From a virus, in IMG/VR virus record IMGVR_UViG_3300042527_000802, positions 32,001-96,000 of that record: DNA of 64,000 bases. One strand, given 5' to 3'. Positions 57,505 through 64,000 of the stretch are shown piece after piece (position 1 is the stretch's first letter; every line of letters starts with the position of its first letter). The translations under genes were made by a program, and so were the position numbers. A model generated the notes under the pieces. That model did no database searches. It worked only from the letters and a program-made list of their open reading frames with translations, and was not told the origin of the DNA.

Positions 57505-58241
57505 TGAGCAAGAAGAAGGAAACTAAGGACACTGTTGAAGTTAATGCCACGCCAGAATCTGTTGTAGAAACTGTTAATGTAACACCAAATGATTTGGGTT
57601 GGACAGACTATGTGCTAAGTCTATTGTCAGATGATGAAAAAATTAAGGGTAATCCTACAACAGACGGATTAAGAAGAATATTTGAAAAGGCCTTAAATTG
57701 TAGAGTGATAGCCTCTCAAACAAAATTGGCCCAAACTCCAGATATTAATAACGAAAAAAGAGCATCGGCTATTCACAGCATAACATACCGTTTAAATCCA
57801 CACGAGGAGGATACTCTTGGTTTAAATACTGTGTCTGTGGATGGCGCCGCCGACGTTTATTGGGGTAATTGCGATAAAATCTTTAGGAATCATCCAGTTG
57901 CCGTAGCAGAAACCAGAGCAGAAGGTCGAGCATTACGAAGAGCATTAAAACTTAGGAAGGTTGTTGCTGCTGAAGAAATGGCAGAAGAAATTGATGACCA
58001 TCCAGATGCTAATTCGGTCAATAAAATCACCAATAATCAAATTAACTTTATTGATGTGATTGGACAAAGATTGAATATAGATATCAAGAAACTATTAAAG
58101 GCTAATGGTTTAGAAAGTGATAATGTCTATAGCTTGCAACATGAAAATGCTGTTGATATTATAAGGTTGTTGTCTAGATATCAACAAAATATCTCAGACA
58201 TACCTTCTGATATTTTAGGCTATTCAAATGAATGGAAATAA
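57504..58241 (+). CDS. Putative single-strand annealing protein (Rad52/RecT-like)
   Basis: DGLRRI...GAAD...VAVAETRAEGRALRRAL...AAEEM; C-terminal ITNNQ..I module. Confidence 0.5.
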   Translation: MSKKKETKDTVEVNATPESVVETVNVTPNDLGWTDYVLSLLSDDEKIKGNPTTDGLRRIFEKALNCRVIASQTKLAQTPDINNEKRASAIHSITYRLNPHEEDTLGLNTVSVDGAADVYWGNCDKIFRNHPVAVAETRAEGRALRRALKLRKVVAAEEMAEEIDDHPDANSVNKITNNQINFIDVIGQRLNIDIKKLLKANGLESDNVYSLQHENAVDIIRLLSRYQQNISDIPSDILGYSNEWK

Positions 58242-58243
58242 TT

Positions 58244-58564
58244 ATGAAAGTTTTATACAGAGCTAATGACAAACTGACTTTTGAACTAGAGGGTGCTGGA
58301 CAAAAAGAGGTCTTTAAAGAATTGGCACTAATTCAAGAAATTTTTTCTGAAGAAAAGTGCGGTCTTTGCGGCAGCACCAACATTAAGTTTGTTGTTAGAA
58401 ATGTTGATGGTAATGACTACTATGAACTAAGATGCTCAGAATGTGGAGCAGTTTTAGCATTTGGTCAGCACAAAAAGGGTGGTACTTTGTTTCCAAAGCG
58501 CAAAGATGACGATGGAAACTATCTCCCAAATAAGGGCTGGCATAAATATCAGAAGAAAGACTAA
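58244..58564 (+). CDS. Zinc-ribbon protein
   Basis: CGLCGS...CSECG. Confidence 0.6.
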   Translation: MKVLYRANDKLTFELEGAGQKEVFKELALIQEIFSEEKCGLCGSTNIKFVVRNVDGNDYYELRCSECGAVLAFGQHKKGGTLFPKRKDDDGNYLPNKGWHKYQKKD

Positions 58565-58968
58565 TTGTCTGATTCTGTCCATAATCCCATCGGACAACTC
58601 TCTGTCTTTATAGCTATTTTATTTAAATAGTTTCTATCTCGAATGATAGCGCAGCCACATTGGCTGCAGCTATTATTCTGATAGTATTCACAACTATTAC
58701 AAATATTATGTCTTTTTTCTATTGTAGATAAAGAACATAGATTATTATCTTCTATTGCAGCGTTTGCGAACGCGTGTATATTTATCGGAATATTATTTCC
58801 TATCAACGGACTTCGACAGGGTAGTTTAGGTATTTCGTTTATATTATCTGTTATCTTTATTTTATTTCCACATTTAGAACATTCAAACCAATCTCCTATA
58901 GATATGAAACTACAAAATATATCATCAAAACTATCAATTGTAATCGTACGGGATCCAGTATGTTTCAT
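58561..58968 (-). CDS. Cys-rich protein (DUF6171-like)
   Basis: R..IC..C......C..CGC...K......CP...W. Confidence 0.6.
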   Translation of the reverse strand: MKHTGSRTITIDSFDDIFCSFISIGDWFECSKCGNKIKITDNINEIPKLPCRSPLIGNNIPINIHAFANAAIEDNNLCSLSTIEKRHNICNSCEYYQNNSCSQCGCAIIRDRNYLNKIAIKTESCPMGLWTESDN

Positions 58969-61900
58969 CTTTTGACTCCGAGTTCATAACCCCCTTATGT
59001 TCTATTGCATCAACACTACCAAAATGAGCCCTGAATAACATTTCATTCAACCATTTATAATATAATGGCGGCTCAACATATGCACCAGATTCAATGTCTA
59101 AGCACTTCCAAACCTTAAATGTACTGTCAATAGGACCACCAGGAGAAGGTATAATACTCTTAGATAGTTGTCCTCTGTCGTTAGGTTCATATATATCATA
59201 TTGGGTATCTTTATTCTTGATCATTCGTGGTATTCTTTTAAAATCTACTTTTAATCTATTAATATCATCTAAATTAAATATATTATAAACTTTATTTTGT
59301 ACAGTTGTTGTGAATGGTCTTTCAACATTAATATCAATAACTGGTAATATATACTCATATGTCGCTTTAACTAGCTGGGCTTTCTCGATTCCTGCAAAAT
59401 TTAAAAAGAACTCTCTCTGCACAAATTCTCCAATCGCATCATTATCTGGCCACTTTAGTTTAGGATACTTAGCTTTCGCCTCATTAATATTTTTATCACT
59501 TAAAGTATATGTAGTATTCCACATACGAGCTTGAACCTTTTCATCAATTCCATCAATTTCGTTCGTTCCTCCATATGCGGCATTTGGAACGCATATTTGA
59601 TCTGCCAAATCTGTTACTTTATCATTGAATGGTATGCATACAAAAGTTACGCTTTTTAATATTTTAGTTGTTTTATCTTTATCTATTGAGCACGATTGAT
59701 CGGGATCTATATTAATCCAATAATAATCATTATGATGATTTTCTTCAAATCTCATTTGTTTAGTTTCTGGATCAACAATTACTCTAACAGAAATATGCGG
59801 GTAGTCTGATACACTAGATACTCTATCTCTATAAAATATTATTTCTTCTTTTTCTTTATATAGAATTGCTAGCTTCTTAAGATCTTTCTCTGACTCTATT
59901 TCTTTGTCAATAGTTTTTATTCTGTTTTTTAAATCATCAATTGTAGATGGAGTATCTATCTTATAAATTAAATTTGTACTAATATCTTTTTTAAATATAA
60001 GCGTTCCATCAAGGCCATTAGAAATATCAGTATCAACTTCTATTAAATTTCCATGTTCATTATGACGCGTAACAACGCTATTGTATAATCTATCAAATGC
60101 TTCTAGGATTTGAGTTCTATAATTTTCACTTATATCTCCATTTCCATTTGGTATCATATTTATAATATTATTAATATTATACTGTGAAGATATTATATTT
60201 TCTATACTATATTGAAATCCTAAAGATTTTGTTGATCCTTCAATCAAACTATTATCATCTGATGATTTATACTTAAAAGACTGTGACACAAAATACGAAT
60301 TTTTATTTGTATTAATAATATCCGATATATCTCTCAACTGATTATTGATTTCTTGACTACTTATTTTATATGGCCTAACTAAATTTGATCCGTATCCATA
60401 ATTACCAACACCCCATGAAACAGTTTTATCTACTGGTGTTGATAAATTATATTTTGTATGGTCTGCATTTGACCATAAATCAAATGGTATAGAGTCATCC
60501 TTATGAAATCCTGTAAAATTATTTCTAGTGATAAGAATGCGTTTTGATACTTCTGGTTCTATAGAAATGTCTGTGCCCAACAATTCCTTATCAAAAATTA
60601 AAATTGTCTTATGATCATTATTAATCGCTACATATCCTTGGCCTATGATTCTGTTAGTGTACTTATTGTATGTTAGATCCCATATTTCATTTTGTATTCT
60701 AGTAATTTCATATATATCTGTCGCTTGTGCTAAATTAGATTGTAATTCTTCTAGTTTCTCTTGATCTATATCGTTTTGATCTTTTTTACTAAATGATACT
60801 ATGTTCTTATGTTCTGAATTATTAAAAAAATGATAAGCTCTTATATCATTAATTATTGCAATTTTTTTGGTATTAATTAGCGTCTCTAAATCCACATCTA
60901 AGTTTATATTATCGTTTGTATTTAATGATGAGGTCAAACTAAACAAATCATTGTATTGTAAAATATTTTTGCTTAAACATAGATCTTTTATATAGTATAT
61001 CTTAGTTAAGGATTTTACAAAACTATTATCAGTATTTCTTTTTGTAGTGTCGAGCGATAACACATACATACCATTAAGGTTTTCATCTGATTGCTCAGAC
61101 AGTTCAATTATATCGCCATCTTCCAATTCGTAACCAATATTGTTTAAAGTATTTAATATATTTGTTAATTGTTTATTTTTATCTGATAATTCCTTTGATA
61201 ATTCTTCTGATGGGTTTTCTTTTAATTGATCTTCTATTTGTTTTATTTCTTGTTTTATTTTTTTAGCATCATCAATAAGATGTTGTTTCGTTGGTATATT
61301 TTCGAATTCCTTGCCAATGTCTATACTTATTTTTCTTATATGATTCTGAAAACAGCTTCTAATAAAATTGTCTGTGTCTGATGGTATTAATGACTTAAAT
61401 ATTGATAAGGATCTTAATAAGCTCTTGTAATGTAATTTAAAAAATTTATATTCATTATTTTTTACAGTTAGTGAGTTGTTATATTTGAATATCGATGCCT
61501 CTAATTTATACCAAGTTTGTCCTTGATCTTTGCTTACGCTGATGAGAGATTTGTCTGAATATCCAAATGGATATCTGTCATATTTAGGTACAAACCAAGA
61601 CCTATTGAATAATTCTTTTTGTTCTCCTCTTCTAAAAGATCCCAAATAGTTTGCTATATCTTTAGCTTGTTGATTTAACTGAGAGTCTACTAAAGATAAA
61701 GATACTAATGCTCCAATTAAAGTAAATGGCATTAATGGAATAATAGGAGATATATTTAATGTTTGGGGTGGAGCAAACGATGGTATGTTAAGAGATTCTT
61801 TCGAATATGAGCATAATCTGCCATCAACAGTATACATATTAGGAGCATTTAAATTAATTGGAGGTAATAGATGTGTTTTATTTTCTAAATTAGCTATGAA

Positions 61901-64000
61901 ATTATAACCACTCATTACTGGCTTATCATTATAATAATCTATATTATTTAAACTATTTTTACCGTATGTTTCTAAGCCATCTGCTTTATGTAATAGTAAC
62001 TCCCAGCTACATAAACTATTATCTATTAAATTAGATTTATTTTTAATTTTTGATCCAATAAATCCTAATGACGCATCAGTTGTTCGTAGTCGATCAAAAG
62101 GCTCCAGCGACTCTGTTTCACCAACTACCGCTATACACAAAGTAAAAGAGGTTGAACTACTATTAGAAATAGACTCTGGACCAGGTGTGGGATCATAAAG
62201 AGGCATACTCTTAAATTTAGAAAATCTATGGCTAGAATTATATAAATTATTATTTAAAATAATATTTTTGTATCTATAAATTTCTGTATCCGAAAAATTA
62301 CTAGCAGATAATGTTGGAGATAATAGTATTTGACCATTAACAGATGGAGATACATTATTATTTCTAAATCTATGTATTCCATAGGGAATAAATAAACTTG
62401 ATGTATTTATAATGTTATGGTTATGAGCCACATAGTATTTGTCACAATAATCTGTAAATAAAATATTATTATTAATATGAAAATTATGTATATGGTCTTG
62501 ATTTAATAAATATAGATAATATTTATTTTTTCTTTTTTGTAATATAGTATTTCTGTCTTCATTAGAACCTGGTTGTTTTGTCAAATCAGGAATATAATTA
62601 TCTACAAAATCATTGTCATTCATATCCCATAATCTATACATAAAATTCTGAACATCGGTATTTTTAATTTGTATTATTTTTTTATATTGTTCGGTATATG
62701 TTTCTGTATTAAAATACCATGGATCGCTTAAATTTATAGTGACTCCTCCCTCTTCTTTAGGTCCGCTAGGTGGACTTAAAGAACTAGCTATTTTATCACA
62801 AGCATCAATCTCTATCCATACTATTAATTCTTTAGGATTTGTATAATTAAGATGATTTAATTTAATCTCAATATTATAGGCCGATCCACCAATACCTCCT
62901 TGACCCATTGAATAAGTGGCATTATATTCTATTAAAGATAATCCATCATTACAGTATTCTTCAGATGATACAGGACTGTCCGATTCAATAGCAAAATCAG
63001 ATATATATGTGTCATTATATTGTAACATTTTTATAGAAGTATCTGTGCTTGCTGCTCTATATCCATAATGTGCAATCTGATCGTCTACTCCAAATGTTAT
63101 TCCTTTTGGTAGCTTTCTAACTTTTAAAAACTCAGGATCAGTCTGCAAAGTAATAGTACTCTTATATATTACTGGTTTAGAGTCCAAAAAATTATTTTTT
63201 AAATCATAAATACCCAAACCTTTAAAAGATTGTATATTAGTATTTTGTTTAAAATTAGTAACAGATGTTTTATTATGAAAATCAGGATTCTCATATGTAC
63301 TCAACCAACCAGAAAAAGGATGAAAATAACCCTTACTAAATTCTATACTGGCGTCATACGAGTGATGAGTATCATGGCAGATATGAGCTATGGCTTTGCC
63401 TAATGCAGCGTTTTCACTATCTATAGTTGGCGTGTTTAATAGTTCTTCAGTTAATTCCAATTTATCAAGTAGTTTTTCTGGTTCTGGGTGAAATGGTATA
63501 TCCAATTTAAGATTAGCTATTTCATTTTTACTAAATCCACCATAGGCTTTGATTCTAGCAGCTTTTGTTGATAATGAAACTGGTGCGGATACATCCTTGA
63601 TGGTATCTGTTGGTATATCATAAAAAGAAAAACTATATCCAGCGTCTAATATAAAGCCATTATTATCTGGAATACTTCTATATATACTTTCACATTGTGA
63701 GCAATCATCATTATTATCCATTATATATGATAAAATTAATCTAGAAATTTCTACTATAGTATCCTGACATTTGTATCTGATAGATAAATCAGCGTCTGTT
63801 TCTTCAACAACCTTATTGCCTTTATCGTCTACCGGCATAGGTATAGCAAATTTATGATATGACTGTCCCAACGACACAACTATAGGTATTTTACTACCTC
63901 CGGGTTGTGGTAAATTATTTATATTTTCTGCTATTTCTTTAGCCTGTGGTATTTTGACACTACAATCACTATAGCACGGCCAGAAAACTCCTTGTTTACC
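58934..64000 (-). CDS. Giant probable virion protein (5'-truncated by window, at least 1688 aa)
   Basis: The frame stays open from 63877 to base 64000 (GKQGVFWPCYSDC...); contains coiled-coil inserts and P-domain-like strands. Confidence 0.7.
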   Translation of the reverse strand, partial: GKQGVFWPCYSDCSVKIPQAKEIAENINNLPQPGGSKIPIVVSLGQSYHKFAIPMPVDDKGNKVVEETDADLSIRYKCQDTIVEISRLILSYIMDNNDDCSQCESIYRSIPDNNGFILDAGYSFSFYDIPTDTIKDVSAPVSLSTKAARIKAYGGFSKNEIANLKLDIPFHPEPEKLLDKLELTEELLNTPTIDSENAALGKAIAHICHDTHHSYDASIEFSKGYFHPFSGWLSTYENPDFHNKTSVTNFKQNTNIQSFKGLGIYDLKNNFLDSKPVIYKSTITLQTDPEFLKVRKLPKGITFGVDDQIAHYGYRAASTDTSIKMLQYNDTYISDFAIESDSPVSSEEYCNDGLSLIEYNATYSMGQGGIGGSAYNIEIKLNHLNYTNPKELIVWIEIDACDKIASSLSPPSGPKEEGGVTINLSDPWYFNTETYTEQYKKIIQIKNTDVQNFMYRLWDMNDNDFVDNYIPDLTKQPGSNEDRNTILQKRKNKYYLYLLNQDHIHNFHINNNILFTDYCDKYYVAHNHNIINTSSLFIPYGIHRFRNNNVSPSVNGQILLSPTLSASNFSDTEIYRYKNIILNNNLYNSSHRFSKFKSMPLYDPTPGPESISNSSSTSFTLCIAVVGETESLEPFDRLRTTDASLGFIGSKIKNKSNLIDNSLCSWELLLHKADGLETYGKNSLNNIDYYNDKPVMSGYNFIANLENKTHLLPPINLNAPNMYTVDGRLCSYSKESLNIPSFAPPQTLNISPIIPLMPFTLIGALVSLSLVDSQLNQQAKDIANYLGSFRRGEQKELFNRSWFVPKYDRYPFGYSDKSLISVSKDQGQTWYKLEASIFKYNNSLTVKNNEYKFFKLHYKSLLRSLSIFKSLIPSDTDNFIRSCFQNHIRKISIDIGKEFENIPTKQHLIDDAKKIKQEIKQIEDQLKENPSEELSKELSDKNKQLTNILNTLNNIGYELEDGDIIELSEQSDENLNGMYVLSLDTTKRNTDNSFVKSLTKIYYIKDLCLSKNILQYNDLFSLTSSLNTNDNINLDVDLETLINTKKIAIINDIRAYHFFNNSEHKNIVSFSKKDQNDIDQEKLEELQSNLAQATDIYEITRIQNEIWDLTYNKYTNRIIGQGYVAINNDHKTILIFDKELLGTDISIEPEVSKRILITRNNFTGFHKDDSIPFDLWSNADHTKYNLSTPVDKTVSWGVGNYGYGSNLVRPYKISSQEINNQLRDISDIINTNKNSYFVSQSFKYKSSDDNSLIEGSTKSLGFQYSIENIISSQYNINNIINMIPNGNGDISENYRTQILEAFDRLYNSVVTRHNEHGNLIEVDTDISNGLDGTLIFKKDISTNLIYKIDTPSTIDDLKNRIKTIDKEIESEKDLKKLAILYKEKEEIIFYRDRVSSVSDYPHISVRVIVDPETKQMRFEENHHNDYYWINIDPDQSCSIDKDKTTKILKSVTFVCIPFNDKVTDLADQICVPNAAYGGTNEIDGIDEKVQARMWNTTYTLSDKNINEAKAKYPKLKWPDNDAIGEFVQREFFLNFAGIEKAQLVKATYEYILPVIDINVERPFTTTVQNKVYNIFNLDDINRLKVDFKRIPRMIKNKDTQYDIYEPNDRGQLSKSIIPSPGGPIDSTFKVWKCLDIESGAYVEPPLYYKWLNEMLFRAHFGSVDAIEHKGVMNSESKDETYWIPYDYN

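Noticed and set aside
1-64000. Stop-codon reassignment
   Set aside because: Genes are full-length and tightly packed in the standard code, and TAA, TGA and TAG all terminate genes.

Overview
An AT-rich (roughly 30% GC by eye), gene-dense segment of a large tailed-phage genome, read in the standard genetic code. Almost all genes are on the + strand. In order, it carries: (1) a sugar-modification and glycosyltransferase block; (2) nucleotide-metabolism genes (NDT-like, guaC, dCMP deaminase, class II RNR, dNMP kinase); (3) a block with a degenerate bacterioferritin, a PAP2 phosphatase, a sigma-70-family factor, ClpP and a DeoC-like protein lacking its catalytic lysines; (4) large modular, probably virion, proteins with Pro/Thr stalks; (5) membrane proteins and a papain-like peptidase; (6) a bacterial-type replisome (RecA, DnaB, DnaG, intein-less split DnaE flanking a DEDDh exonuclease, SSB); (7) a run of degenerate glyco-enzyme homologues; and (8) a giant minus-strand protein running off the right edge. 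The most unusual signals are four circularly permuted FGE-sulfatase/C-type-lectin-fold domains on mucin-like stalks, the split DnaE, several pseudo-enzymes, and a recurring GG(T/G)GTAT motif that may be the promoter of the phage sigma factor. No tRNA, CRISPR array, reverse transcriptase or intein was seen. All family calls come from motif recognition by eye, not database searches.
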